A DNA stretch of 64,000 nt, from contig NMRA01000376.1 in assembly GCA_002633005.1 (NCBI GenBank), positions 296,989 to 360,988 on the forward strand, in the 5' to 3' direction. Below, in pieces: positions 13,601 to 27,700 of this stretch. Positions within the stretch are counted from its first letter, which is position 1. The number at the start of each line of letters is the position of its first letter. The position numbers and the translations under genes are program-made. Source of the DNA: Phoronis australis. Its lineage: Eukaryota; Animalia; Phoronida. The notes beneath the pieces were generated by a model, which worked only from the letters and a program-made list of their open reading frames with translations, was not told where the DNA came from and did not search any database.

Positions 13601-14924
13601 TTCTGATACCCCCGTGGGTGACCGCTGCATTGTTTGTCGACTGTCACTGCTATCGAGTCCACTTACTGGTTCAGAGTTCAGACTTTTGTCTTAAGTAATT
13701 AGTCAAATATTGATATTGTCATTTAGATTTGTCTGACCCTGCAATTTTGTGTTGGTGATTTACATTGCAATTTGTGAATCACCTTTTGCGGTTTGAAGAT
13801 ATATTTTTAACTCTGATACACTTACAAGTGAATATTTTGTTTTGTTGAGCAATGGAACGCTAGAAGAATTGTTACAATTGTTTCAGTATGCATTTGTATC
13901 TTGCCATAGTGTTTTTATTTATTAATGTTATTGTTACTATTATTATTGGTGTTGAAATTATTATTAATAATCATTGTTATTATAATTATTGTTATCATTA
14001 CTGCTATTATTATGTTTATTTTTGTTTATTAATAGTTATTATTTACATAATTTTTGTTTGACCTGTTTGTATGTAAAACACATACTTAATTAAATTGAAG
14101 AGGAGACAAGAATTGAAACGTACTAGCAATTAAAATGCTTTGGTCTCTATAAGTTATAATACAAGTTAAAAATATTTTAGTGAAACAAACATTAGAAAAT
14201 AAGATTTTGATTTTCACAACATTATGTCACAAATTCAGGTGAGATTTCACCCAATCACGTCTTGTTCAGTAAAGCAATTAATCACCTTCCCTAACTGCCC
14301 ATGCTAGATCAGCTGTTCCCTTCTGGAGCCAGTGTATATTACAATAGAATGGAAAAACATGTGTTTAATTTATTGGGTTTCACTGATGAGATCTCATCAG
14401 AAATTTCAACTGCATGTCACAATGCATCCAGTAAACATAAAGAAAATCCTATTTGGAGGGTTTCAAAGCTGCACACAGGGTTTTGAAAGACGCCACATGC
14501 TTATGATGTTTGTTGTGGATTTTAATTACTTGGCGGTGTTAGGAGACTGTGACATCCTTTTAATTAGATTCCTGACCATGTCTTGTTACTAGGTGGCAGC
14601 ACTTTCCAGGCGTACAGTTCCGGAGGTTGAACAAATGAATGTACATTTATCATTCAGCTATCTGTATCAGTCATCTGTGACTGTGGGGTCAGTAGTTACA
14701 TTTTCTTAGACAAAGTAAAAAAGATGAGCTAAGGAATTGTATTTCTTGTATGGTACACTGACTTGACTTATTTCAATGTGTGTCGGGATAATTCTGATCT
14801 ACCTTCTGTTTTCTACTGTTGTCACATCGTTGCGTTGTGAAGGTATGCTTGCTTCACGTGTATAAGTTGTGATTTAAGTGTATGATAACTAAACTTAGTC
14901 AATGTACCTGTGTCATAAAAAACT

Positions 14925-15066
14925 TGGCTGCACTTGATTGACTTTGCCGGTTCCGCCGGGTCAACTGTAAAAGACATTTCATTGGTTCTCGATGACGACT
15001 TCCAGCCAATCAGATGTCTTAGCCAGTTGACCCCGGGGATTCGGTGAAGTTGATCAAATGCAGCCA
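14925..15066. mobile_element. Short foldback MITE (TGGCTGCACTTGATTGAC termini)
   Basis: About 40-bp imperfect terminal inverted repeats. The same family occurs in opposite orientation at 41211-41478. Confidence 0.75.
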
Positions 15067-15403
15067 TTACCTTTGTTATTGTTTCTATTTGAAATTTTCT
15101 TTGGTGCTTGTGTAATTGGAGTAGTTGTCCTTAGTGTTGGTTGCCAAGGAAACCATCAATCTCAAGTGTTTGCTTCCTCAACACAACCTCTGACAGCAAT
15201 TGCAGTTGAAAGAGAACTTTGATAACACTATAATTCCATTTTAATCATTTTTCCATGTATTATTTTCTTTATTTTTGTGCTTCTTACAAAGTAATAAACA
15301 CATGATTTTGTGCTGTTTGCCTATCATAACATAAAAATGTCTTCGTAAATGACAAATGAGAGTACGGATTGTCTTCAATTAGATTACTATGACTTCAGTA
15401 TTG

Positions 15404-16091
15404 TTTTTATTCGCACACACATGTATATGTGGGTGCATTTAATACCGTTATCTCAGTTTGTGTGTCTTGTGTCCTGCGTCCAGTGCTGTGTTACCAAAAC
15501 TGGTTGATGCCAGCTGACTGTTACTATCATGGATGGAATGGCACAAGCAAACTTTCAGGCGGATTCAACTGCCGCTGTTCCCCTAAGGCAATTATAGTTT
15601 TTTTGTGTTATCCTGTATATCTACCGAGTTTCTTGACAGATTTTCATGAAATTAGGCAAATATGGTTCTGTTATGGAGACGACTACACCTTCCATTTTCA
15701 GATGGATTCTACGTAATCTGCGTCCCCTAGTGGCCGTTTTCTTTATTTTTGATTTTGTTTTTGGCATTTGCCTCTTTATGCCAAAGTGTTTGAGGGATGA
15801 TCATGACATTTTACAGATGTGTTGCTATTGAGATGACCATGACTGACAGGTTTTTCTCTGGGTCCAACCAGTTTGAAGTTTTTTTCCTGTGCCTCAGTAT
15901 TGTCTAAGTTCCTTGGTGTGTGTGTGTTTATGAAATTTGGCATAAGTGTTCCAACTAAGTAGAGTACGCCTGAAATTGAATTTGAGTGTCATCTGTGGCA
16001 TCTAGTGGCAATTTAGGTTTTTGCTCTGTATATATAAAGTCCCTTGATGGCTAACAAGTTCTATCAAGGAGACGACAGCTCTTGCCTTGTT
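15404..16091. mobile_element. Possible Helentron/DINE-like non-autonomous element
   Basis: Starts in a T-run, has an early GTGTGTC/GTCC microsatellite-like tract and repeated ATGAAATT(A/T)GGC motifs, and ends CTTGCCTTGTT. The classification is by architecture only. Confidence 0.3.
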
Positions 16092-16895
16092 TCAGATGGA
16101 TTTAACTTGATATGCTGTTACCCTTAGTGTCCTTTTTTATATGATACTAATAAACACCCCTAGAAGCATACCGTTTGTGGTGCAGTCATGGGCACATTTC
16201 AATGCTTTACATGGTTCTCGTGGAATAAGTTACAATCACGATTTTGTAATTTTTTTTAATATTACCTACTGAATATTGATCGAATAATGATAAGAGCTCT
16301 CATATGTTGTATGTAAGCTCAAATTAGTATTCCAGCTCACCCCCATGTTCAACTAAACGCTCATCCCAAAAATTACAAATTTTCACTTTTAACGCCCATA
16401 TTTGACATAACCCCCACTCCCTGATTGTTGAGTTCCCCAATTTTAGCACCCTGGGCATCATATCCCAGACCACTACAATATTTCTGTTTAAGTGGCCTCT
16501 ACTAATTTATAACTGTTTTAGGACTCCCTCTGAAGTTTATGCCTCGAAATGTTGCATAATGTGAAAAAATTAAATTTTGAACACTCTTGGCAGGAAAGGA
16601 ATATACCATGTCACATTTCTAAAAATATCAAATGATGCTGATTTGGAATTCCATGCTTCAACTTCGTTTCTAAAAGATTCCTAATGAAAGTGGCATGTGT
16701 CTCTGCTATGGTTAAATGCCTTGTAAGTGGTTTGTACTCAAAACCTCAAGGAAGTTTGCTGTCTTTTCTCATTAGATGTCTCTGTCCTCTGTCCATCCAT
16801 TAGTTGGTAATAGGATATTACTGATATAGGTGGAATGTAAATATAAATTTAAATATCCATTATGTTGCATGTTCTATTGCAGTTCTCTATTGCAG

Positions 16896-17009
16896 GGTCA
16901 AGAAACAACTGGTACAGAGAATTGGTCCAACACAAGCCAGAAGACACAATGAACATTCCTGACAATGGACTGGTCATTGCACTGTTGTCCATAAAGGAAG
17001 TTGGCGAAG
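16896..17009 (+). CDS. Candidate internal exon of an unidentified plus-strand gene
   Basis: Strong acceptor ttctctattgcag and donor AAG|GTATGT; 114 nt, symmetric phase 1-1. Only one frame is open: SRNNWYRELVQHKPEDTMNIPDNGLVIALLSIKEVGE. No family recognised. Confidence 0.45.
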
Positions 17010-18357
17010 GTATGTCCTGCCTGTGATGCAATTATTTTGTTTTTTCAGTAATTAATGCTGGTATAGCTCCTTCCATTTAGAACATGGTGTGGAGGAACAG
17101 TCCAATTTTTATTTATGAAAATTTTAAACGAAAAAACAAAAAACATTAAGAAATATTTACTTTATTATTTGCACAGTGTATCAACGTACAGCTATCATCA
17201 TCAAACAAACAAATTTTGAGCGTTTTTGACAATCCAGTGAGATTTGAAAAATAGGAAAGTTGCAATTTTGACAGTTAATTGTGTTTGAATGTGGGTAAAC
17301 TTCGTAGATTGTTGCAAAATGGTCAGTATCACTTACCAAGATTCAAAGCCCACTTAGTTTTGATTACAGTGCCTGTGGTGTGCGAAACTTTCTTTGGTGT
17401 TCAATTTCTTACTTACCGGATACACATTTGTAAGTGTAAATTGTTTAGAAATAATCAATTTTCTAGCTGTTAACCAAAAGTCAACAGAATCTTTAGCCTA
17501 GAAACTTTGTCTGTGACTTGCACCATGTAAGATGTATATAAGTATCATTGATGCAAACCCAAGTGGACTGTGATGTAATTGGCCTAAACAGGAAACACCG
17601 CCCTGGCATTCCACAAATAGTGCAACAAATGGATAGTTTCACCCACTGGAGGCATATGAATTTTCCAATATAGCAGCAACGTGATGGAAATTTACGTTGT
17701 TGTCGCTAGATGGCGTTAGGGTAGTTGGTAGACAGCGTTTTGTGCTCTTGTATGGATTTTATGCGGTGGAATATTTACCAACATTTTTAAGGAATGTGGT
17801 TGTGTATTCAAACTGTTCACATAAAATTTCCAACATCTCAAAATGTCTGTATGACATAGATTTCATTTCATCCCTGTCTTATTCCGTTTTCAACACCAGA
17901 ATTCTCACCAGTGCTCTCACACTAAAAGAGTCGTGTTTTCTATTGTTTGGAGCTCTGGGTGTGGAATGAAAATGATGCAATCAACCAGTTAAAAATTGTC
18001 TTGAACAATGCAGCCTCTTGTAAGGATTTTGTGAAAATTGTACATTGGACATATGTCTACCTTGGTACTATCGACAGGTGCTGTATTTTTCAAGGCATAA
18101 CAAATAAACAGTATGGTTCTGTCTGGTGAATGTAGATTATGGACAGAACAACTTTGAAAATTATGACAGGTGTTGACACATTTTTATGATGCAATCAGGA
18201 TTCAGTTTGATTGTAGTGCAAAAAATCTGCACAAAATAATTTCCTTAAAGACTAAGCCTAATTTCAACGGAATTTCGTTATTTTAGATGTATTGGGGCTA
18301 ACCAGTTTCTCCTGTCCTAGCAAAGCCTTAGCAAAATAAGAAAACGCAAGTTTAACC

Positions 18358-18577
18358 ACACAAATGTAGGCCCGTCAAGTGATAGGTGAAACTGCATTTT
18401 CATGCCATGTTGCGTCACCGCGAGATCCCAGCACAAACAACAAAAGGCCGATAACAGTTGTATCTGAATAGAACACCAGTGTGTGCGGGTGTTATTGGCT
18501 GCTGTGATTCTCGCAGTGACGTAGACAAAAGCAAGCCAATACGTCTAACAGTTCGTTTAACACTTGGCAATTTGTGG
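18358..18577. mobile_element. Foldback MITE remnant
   Basis: TGCGTCACCGCGAGATCCCAGCA pairs with TGCTGTGATTCTCGCAGTGACGTA. Outer arms CACAAAT..CAAGTG / CACTTG..ATTTGTG. Locally CpG-rich. Confidence 0.55.
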
Positions 18578-21500
18578 CACTAGTGGGCTCAGAGCAATGC
18601 TTTTAACATACTGTAGGAACCAAATTTACTGGTGTTACCCTTGAAGATAAGTTTTAGGTTCTGGCTGAAAGAGAAGTCTTTCAATTATGAATATAGAGAC
18701 AGAGGTGGGAAATCCAGCTTCTATACATTGTGTTGATAGATGAAGTATAACTTTCATGTTACTCTATATATCCACATGTATTAAGGCTCACGCCTGTATC
18801 CACAGTGATTTTTGTTCAAACTTAAGTGCTTCGCGAATAGGTGCATTTGCCAAAGCTTCACTCATAGATACAGCTAGTTACCCTTACATATATGGATGTG
18901 TTATTACTAAAATGGGTATTATCTGTCTGTTTTTGTCCACACTTAATTCTTTTAATTTCTGTCGAAACACGTCAATATCTACCATTTTGTAACAAATGTC
19001 AAGTTATACTAACTTCCATAATATTTTGGACATTTGCTCCTCGGTTTTACTCAAGTGTTTCACACATAGGCACTCCGTACCACTGAGATATAGGTGCAAC
19101 TTCACATGCAGACACATGGGCCTAACTACATAGTACATAATATAGCAAGTTAGAACAACCTTAAAACACACAAGTAGACTAACAAAACATTTTAACTGTC
19201 AAGATATACATGTTATCTGAACCATATCGTTCAGCACTAGGATAACTAATCCAAGCAGGCATGACCCGGGTGTGAGAACATATTCTGTCTTGTGATCGCA
19301 CTGTTTATTATTGCTGTCATTTTTTTCTGCATTTTATGCCCCTGGTTGATATCTGGTCAGGGAGTGCACGATAGAACACACTTTGTGGTCACTTGGATAT
19401 CAGCTGTGATAGTCAACAGCTTTAACTGCATGACAGCCTTGGCCAGAACACATTCAGTGAGAATGGTAAGAAGTGCTGGGTTTCCCTATGCATATAGCTA
19501 CATGACTGAAGGAAAGCATGACCCCTAATAAGAAGTCACTTTTACATTACTGTAATAGAATCTCAAGGGCCCACCATTTTGTCCTTTGTCTGGTGCCTCC
19601 AGAACAAAATTCTGTATCCACGGCTTGTTTCCGTGAATGGAAAATTTGTTTAGGATATAGAAAACTAATAGAAAACTCATCAAAAATTTCACGAGAAAGG
19701 GTAAACCTTTATGTGGTGAGTTTACACATGAATTATACGTGGCTACAACCTTAAGCAGTTACTGTTTTGTCTTTTGATTTTTGTGGAACAAATAAGTCAT
19801 TGTATCGTGGAGAGCACACAGAAAATAAAAATAGTAGGAGTGGCACCCATTTAAAACCAAATAAACATGAAATTCAGTTAAACACAAAAAAATTACAAAT
19901 GCCGCGAATCACATTGGCCACCACATTTTTTTACAAAAAATGAATTCAGATTTGATTACTTTTCACTACAGTGAAATGTGATCATTGTTAATATTTTGTT
20001 TTTCATAATAAAGTAAATCCCTTTGTGTGAATGTTAACCTGTCTGTTTGCCAGCTAAACCAGTGCTCTAAATTATATTTGTCACCTGGGGCACTGTAAAA
20101 TTCCTGTCCTCTGCTGTTTGTTTTAGGTTAGCTAGGTTACCCACTCACTTACACATTTTCAACGTATTACTACTTGTCATTTCACCCAATGTGTTTTACC
20201 CCAGGCCAGTGCAATTGAAGTATAAATTAAACATTGCTGTTACAACCCTGCCATTCCTTCCTGTCTTTTTACTGGGTCTCATGGTTGATCAACACCTTTG
20301 AGTAAGAAGCCTCGGGAAATATGCTAGGAAATTTAACCATTGGATTCGTCATAACTTGAACTTTTCAACCTGAGTCTCAGGGGCGGTGTTAATTTAGGAT
20401 AACAGTTCACCAAAGATCTGTTGTTTTTTTAATTATTTGCTTTGACCACACGCTTAAAATCGTAAATTTCTGTAGTTAAATGTGTGGAAAGACAACTGGT
20501 TATAATTGGCCAAATGGAATTTTCTCAAAATCATTAGCAAATGTGACATTCGTCTGTTCCAGTGACATTTCTTGTGCGATTCACTGTTCATTTTGTGTGT
20601 ACCTTCTGAGTAAGGCAAATTATTACGAACAAAATTTACTATAAAAAGCATTTTAATGTTCTTATAGGGGGGGCACTGCCAACTATTTGACAACACTGAT
20701 GTTCTATATGCAAATATAAATTAAACTGTCATCTATTGAATATGATTGAACAAACCCTTTTTTCAAGTAATTAGTATTTTGCGTTTAATTGATGTTTCTT
20801 CCATTGGTAGTTTTCAGTATTATCTTTTTCAGAGTATATTTTTGCTGTGTGTCGTGTTGAAGCAGTATGCTGTTCAGTAACTAATCTTTATTTACATCTG
20901 CTTGATATCATTCGTTTGTAGTCTCTGTACACACCTGCAGGGGCCAAGAAACTGCTTTAGAATGTTTTAGCATTTCAAAAGTCAGAGGAAATTGCTTTCA
21001 ATGGCACTGACATCTGTTTTCGCTGTTGTCGAAATTCGGATTTTTATGAACAGAGGAATTGTGGTATAGTGCTTAAGTCTGTTTTACTACCCGTTACAGT
21101 GGCACAGGGTTCTACATCATTTTGTCATTTAAACAAAACTGTCTGTCATAAAATTTTGAGATCCTTTTCTTTTCCAAACACAAGTAACAATAAACTGGTT
21201 TTATTACTGAGTAGCAGTTTTTCATGTTACATGGGAACTGGTCTTTGAGAACGCCAGTAACCGAATTGCTGTTGGAGGAATGGGCATAATGCTGGCGAAG
21301 GGATACACCTCTGGACGTCTAAAAGTGGGCCATGTCAATATTAGGAGTCAGAAACTGGCACCCTTTTCAATACCTTAAATTTGTTCATGTCCATTTCACC
21401 CATGATACCTTAGTTTGATAATAGGACCCGTATTAGTACCCAATTTTTCACATAAAGTATCCATTCCAATACAAAAATTGGATGAAAACTTACTCATTTC

Positions 21501-22355
21501 AATACTAAAATAGCAAAAAAAAACATTGGCAGTACAGGTGGCGCCCCTTAATTGGGAGTAGGTTGCCCTTCCCAGAGGCTATTGCATTGTGAGTTTGGTT
21601 GTTCTCACTCACCTAATAAAAATGGGGGGAAATGACATCACATATTCAAAATCCAGAGCAACACAATATCTGAAGTCTCGGGACGAAAAGTCCCCGAGAC
21701 TGAGATCCACGACTAACTGATTTCTCTGAACAATGTGATCCAAAACAGGCAGTTCCAGTACAAAATGTCTGCCTCAGTTTGACAAAGAACAAAATGTGTT
21801 CTTGGGTACTCATCTGTCACACCCGTTTGTGTCCGCTCGTAAGTTCCTTGGCCACTGTGTCCTGTCTGTTTTAGTATGAATGGATCCTTTTCTGCTGATA
21901 GCATGTGAAGTTGTCTGTGCAATGGATTGTGGGTTACCGCCCTCTTCACTCAGCCAACGTAACGTGCATTCAAGAGCCACCAGGTAGCTGTTGGGGCAGA
22001 TATCCCATAAATCGCTCACTTTGGAATGCGCACTGGGTAGTTTTTTGGTGATAGAAAAGTCGGTTGTACTATTATTTTATTTCATTGTATGTGATTAGCT
22101 GAAGGAATCTTGTGTCCTTTGGTCCTGTTTCATCTTGTCTTAACTTTTCTTGGTTTGCCAATGGCCTTTTGTATTACAGCTACGAGCTTGAAAACATAGA
22201 TAGCAACCATGGAACTCACCTTGCTCACATGCCATCTGAGTTTGGTGCATTTTCTTGTTCATAACATCCACCTTAACACCATATAACTGGTTGGATCCAT
22301 TTTGCTAGCATCAAAGTGCATCTAAACTTGATTTGGTATGATTTAAGCCAAGCTA

Positions 22356-22603
22356 CAGCACAAGACAAAAGTAATCGGACAAAATACCGTTTTCCCATCA
22401 TGAAAATAACTGGTAATAACTATAAGAGCGGAAAAAATTCTAACTGCCGAATTCCTTAGCCACCTTACTCTGTAACTTTCCTGTTAATTTGTCTTCATTC
22501 TTCGTTTTGAGAGAAGTCTACTCTGATAATGAATTCGGCTTTCGTCCAGCCTTCATGACTGGAATTTCTGGTCATTTTGTCTGAATACTTTTGGTTTGTA
22601 TTA
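22356..22603. mobile_element. Tc1/mariner-like MITE, copy 1
   Basis: TA-CAGCACAAGACAAAAGTAATCGGACAAA ... TTTGTCTGAATACTTTTGG. Homologous along its length to 23309-23576. Confidence 0.7.
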
Positions 22604-23308
22604 TATTGCAATTATTCATCTTATATATTTTTAAAATCAATTTTTAATTCCCTGCACTGTTATGCCATCTGCAATGTTTTGATACAGAGAGGTAATAATG
22701 AAAGTGTCCTATAATTTGTGCTTAAATATACATTACCTGCAGCACAAATAAAGAGCAGGCATTGCGAAAACAGGTGAAAATTCATTTCTTGTCTCAATAC
22801 TTGTATGATATTTAACCAGATACGTTTTGTTCCCAAGCTCATCCATCAGTTGCTGACTGGTTCCTTTTTGGGTTTTCACTATCTCTCAGGGGATGGCTTT
22901 TGCATATGATGTAAAGGCTTCATTTCAGATATTTTTCAAAAACTTTGTTGGAACTATTTTTGTTAAAACCCAAACATATCAGAATCTTTAAAAATCATTC
23001 AGTGGCTTTACCTGGAGTTTCAGTATTTTGTATGATTTTGTAATGCTTGAAGTTAGCATTCCAACTTTATAAGATTACGCTGCGGAAAGAGTTGAGTTAA
23101 TTGATTATGTCTGCGGTTTGGTTTGCTGCCACAAACTTGATTTATTCTAATTTAAAGTTGGCAATTTTGACTATACCTAATTATGGCTGCACGGGGCTTA
23201 GACACTCATTAATGTTCTAGTTCTTGGGAATCACATTGAGCAATGGGAGTTTCACAAGAACTCTAAAGAACTATGTAGTGGTTAATAGTTAGTAGTGCTG
23301 CTGAATTA

Positions 23309-23576
23309 CAGTACAAAACAAAAGTAATCAGACAAAGAACCAACTTCCCATCATGACGGTTACTAATTCTGTTTACAGCAAAAATGACTGGTGATAACTA
23401 TTGTGGCAGCAAAATGCTAATTGCAAGATGGTTTAGCCTCCTTACTAAATTCCCTGCTAATTCCCCTTCATTCTTGGCCATGAGGGGAGACTACTCTGAC
23501 TTGGAAACTGGCTTCTGTTCAGCCATTATGACAGAAAATTCTGGGTCACTTTCTCTGAATACTTTTGGCTTTACTG
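23309..23576. mobile_element. Tc1/mariner-like MITE, copy 2
   Basis: TA|CAGTA..CAAAAGTAATCAGACAAA ... TTTCTCTGAATACTTTTGGCTTTACTG|TA: CAGT-type inverted termini with TA duplication. Confidence 0.8.
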
Positions 23577-23658
23577 TATCTAGAATTTTTAAACTGTGTG
23601 TATGGTACAAGAATAATAAAGCATTACTGTGGCTGTGTGTAACACACAGGACATCCTT

Positions 23659-23707
23659 TATTGTATTGTATTGTATTGTATTGTATTGTATTGTATTGTA
23701 TTGTATT
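23659..23707. repeat. (TATTG)n microsatellite
   Basis: About 9-10 perfect pentamer units. Confidence 0.95.
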
Positions 23708-24052
23708 AAAAACCCGTTTCACCGATACCACCTTGTATTTGGTCAAAAGAATGTGGAAGAACCCTTGACTTCATCAATTCTCCTTACCATGAACACAAGC
23801 AATAAAACACTGGCTAAAATTAATTGCAGTACTGTACACTGATGTTAGTGATTTTTTAGTCTGAAATTGAATTATTCTTGAAAACATAGGTTTACTTATC
23901 ACTTGGAAAATAAAGAAGTGAGGTGATGTTGATAATAATAATAATAATAATAGGTAATGAATGTTTAGATGACAGAGAAATGTTCTTCTCCACTCTTCAT
24001 TTTTAATATATTCACTTACTGCAGTACTTATTTTTTTACTCATGTTTTGGCA

Positions 24053-24154
24053 ATAGTGGGATATAACATCCCTGCATTTTGAGAACCAGTTTGATTCCTA
24101 TTACTCGTTGGAGAAAACTGGTTCTCAAAATGCAGGCACATTATATCCAACTAT
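24053..24154. repeat. Palindromic miniature element / long hairpin
   Basis: Perfect 22-bp inverted repeat CCTGCATTTTGAGAACCAGTTT / AAACTGGTTCTCAAAATGCAGG, extended by ATAGTGGGATATAA / TTATATCCAACTAT. Confidence 0.8.
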
Positions 24155-24709
24155 GTTATCCACTTTTTAGTACATATAAAAACAATAAAAATTTTGCCAA
24201 ATCTCTGATATTGTCAGTAAGTAAGTATTTCAGTGGACACTCTGCAGCTCTTTAGTTCATTTTTCCCTCATCAGGTGTCAGCAGTTATCAGTAATATTCT
24301 CTCAACTGACAGTGTCTGTGGTGTGACAGTGGTCGTAGTTGAAACAGCTTCAAGATGACCTCCTTTTAGCAATGCCCAGTGTCTCAGTGGATGCATGACT
24401 GCTGTTACGGTAAATTTCTCCAGTTCGGGTCAGTCACAAACATTTCAAACAACATAATTCATTTGCTTCTACAGAGTTTGAAAATAGGCTTGGCTATTCA
24501 TAAAATTGTTAAAAATAGCCACTGACGCAGCATTTTCATGCGTCCCTATAGTGTGTAACATTGAATTGCATGATTGTTTGTCATTGATCATAATGTTTGA
24601 ATTTGGGACTGTTAAAATTAGGTTCAAGCACTGACCATGAGCAAAATAATTAATTTTTCATAATCCCAAAATGTAGAATTTTCAGCCTAGAATGTAATCT
24701 GTTTTGTGG

Positions 24710-24758
24710 TAATATAATAATAATAATAATAATAATATAATAATAATAATAATAATAA
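24710..24758. repeat. (TAA)n microsatellite
   Basis: Interrupted TAA run. Confidence 0.9.
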
Positions 24759-27700
24759 CCAGTCTTACAGGCAGTACATTACTACTGGCCATTGGTCACC
24801 ATTACTTTTAATGCCCATTGACTAGACCTCTGCTGTCCATCCACTGTGTAAACTCATCACCATAAAACTTCATCTGCAGAACCTGAAATAAATACCTAGG
24901 CATCTAGCTGTCACTAGTCCATATATCTTTTCCTGATGAGTTTATTGTTGTTAATGTGATTTTAACATGTTTTCTAGTTTGTACCCCTCGGCTAATCTGA
25001 GACATGGAGAGGTTACATAGACTTTGTGAACCTTAAAAATGTTATGTTCTACAAACTACAACATGTGACCCTCCACTGCCATAGTTTGTAGTTAGTAATC
25101 TTAAATTCATCATCAACGGCAACTGGTAAACTTTGACAGCTGTGAGGCACATTTCAGCATTGAATAAATGAAATGAGTGTTTCTTTCATCTGTGAACTTT
25201 TGATATATCTTCGGGATTGTTCAGTCGTGCTTCTTATATTTTTAAAAGAAATGACGATATTTATTCAGCTTTGTCTCAGGTATGGCTTAAACCTGCAAAC
25301 CGGGAAACTTAAGTTGCAAGAAAAATGCCACAAATTATCATGATTTGAAATTAGCCAAAACTTTTTGCTCTGAATCCGTTATTTTCAAAACATATTGTGT
25401 GTTGAGTAACTGCAACACATCAATAAAAACTTATTTGATTCTAAATGGCAATTTTTTACTTTTTCAGTCAGCATGATTGCTCTAAGCAGGGAATACAGGT
25501 TTTTCTGGGATTACTTTACATTTTCTTGACTGAGACACTGTTTATATAGGTGTTCAATTTATCACTGTCAAATTTTGAATATTTCCCAGCTGTGGTTTTA
25601 CACCTCATGTATGGTTTGGGATGGAAACTATTACCTCTGATGTATTTAACAAAAACAGATGGATGTCTTTCTCTTCCTTATCATTTGCTTCAGTATTTCC
25701 AGTCCCTAGTTAGCTAGCCTTGTCATTCTTTCACTGATAACAGCACTTGTTTTCAAAATCCTTGTGGGGTGTGTCGATATTCTCCTTTTTCCTTGGGATT
25801 ATAATTACTGTTCCTTTCTTAATGTTATTCATGTCACAATTCTTTTTTCACACAAAAGTGACTGCCAAAATTGCCATTTTGCTGCTGTTCATAATCTGAT
25901 TACCTTGTTGGCTTGATGTTGTTTCGTGACATCTCCACAGTACAAACAAAGTTAACATTAGACTAAAATCTCTTTGTCTTTATTTTTGGTTAAAAATTTG
26001 ACAGAGTAAGAATTCACATAACCGTCATGGTGTGTACTATATAGGCAAAGAAGAATTAGAAGTTCTGCATCAGTGTAAAAAAGTAATGCACCAATGTTTA
26101 AAGGTGTGTCTTAATGACACTTCTGAGCTGGTTCTGTTTGTCCTGTAAGTGATAAGACAGGTGAACAGGAATGTTGAAGCAAAACTTTGTATAAACATCC
26201 TGTGGTTTGTCCTATTTTGGTCTTCTCCAGCATATCTTGCATTGTTTTAACTCTCATGTGTAAATCATCAGTTTTGTCTATACTTAGTATCTTCCCTGTC
26301 AGATTTATGCCCATTGGGAATACTAGTAAAAAATTTGATATAATTCCTTTGGTTTACCCTCAGGCCTTGTTATCACAAACATTTTATATCCACTGCACTT
26401 TTGCAGTTTTGAACACAACACTACTGTTTTTGTTTCTCAGATGTCATGGTAAAATTTCTTCATTTTGGGAAAAAATGATTATCCAAGTTTCTCCTGTCGT
26501 TTAAAGGTTTGCTGTGTTACTAGCATGCTGAGAATTTTGATCAAATGTTGTGTGATAACATCTGTACAGTGCACATTGGATTGACAATCATTTGTTTTCT
26601 GAATGTTCACTTTTGCTGAGAAAGATGACAAGCAAAGACTCTACTTTTTTATCATATTGTGTCTTAAAATAGAGAATTTTCCCCTGGTAGTCTTTCTATG
26701 CTGTAACTTTCATTTGGCTACTGTTTACACTGTTTTGTCAACTTGTGAATTATATTGTTTTCAAATACTTCCCATATGCTCATGTCGCAGACACATGTTT
26801 GGTTTGCATTGGGTCAGGGCCAAGTGTGGTTTGAAGGTACGGACTCCATGTAGTATTGAAGTTTCATAAATCCTCATCATGACTGGACAGAATTATTACT
26901 AAAGCTATGTATGTTATTGCCTGTTAGCAGGTTTTTGTATTACTTATCTAGAAATAAAAATCTTAGTGCATGAAGTTTCTAACTTGCAGCTGTTTGTTTT
27001 TTAGGCTCAGAGATCAAATTTTGTTAGAGAAAACACGTGACTTAAAACTCTCGTTTTGGTTCATGTTTTGGGGTGGAGCACTTCTGTTTTGTTTTTTAAT
27101 ATGGCGAGGTAACATTCATAAATACACTTGATAAAAGAATAGACCCCCTGTTGTCCATTGGTCGGTTCCACTTGAGGACTTGCTGGTGCTAATTTGGTTT
27201 ATTCTCGTTCAAAGTTTGTAATTTGGGTTTGTTGTAATTAGCATTGCGTACTTTGGTCTTTAAGTCCCCATGGACAGGAAAATGTGCAACCCTCCAGTAA
27301 AGTGTGGAAGCCGACATTAGCATGCTGAAGAAATGCAGTCAGGGACCAGGGGTAAAAGCCTTTTCTTGTAAGAAGCTTGTGGAATAAACTACAGCACTTT
27401 ATCTCTACAGATGAGTGCGTGTGCTCAGTGAAATAAAAATTGCATTGTCGCTCGCGAAAACGCAATCAAGTTTGAACTGTGTATGCTGTGACTTTTCCTT
27501 GGTTCTCAATTGCTTTCATAGGAAATTGCAAAATTAACCCCTTCTGGTCGTTAAGTTCCATTAGAAAAATTGACCTTTTGTGCAGTGTTTTTAACTAAGG
27601 ATTGAAAATGAATTTTTAAATTACTTTATAAAAATATATAGTCACCTTGACAAAGTGTAGAGTAATATTTGGTGCAGGGTTTTATACTAAGAATTGGATA

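Noticed and set aside
19361-19465. Possible plus-strand exon ending ATG|GTAAGA
   Set aside because: Acceptor ambiguous. The 105-nt version is phase 0-0 and does not fit the phase-1 chain, and the peptide is unrecognisable.
21674-21701. Short GC-rich hairpin AGTCTCGGGAC-GAAAA-GTCCCCGAGACT resembling a terminator or Helitron end
   Set aside because: Eukaryotic context, no U-tract and no CTRR end at the expected spacing; probably a repeat remnant.
23384-23842. 152-aa plus-strand ORF
   Set aside because: Made of a Tc1-like MITE plus the (TATTG)n microsatellite (IVLYC repeats); no protein features.
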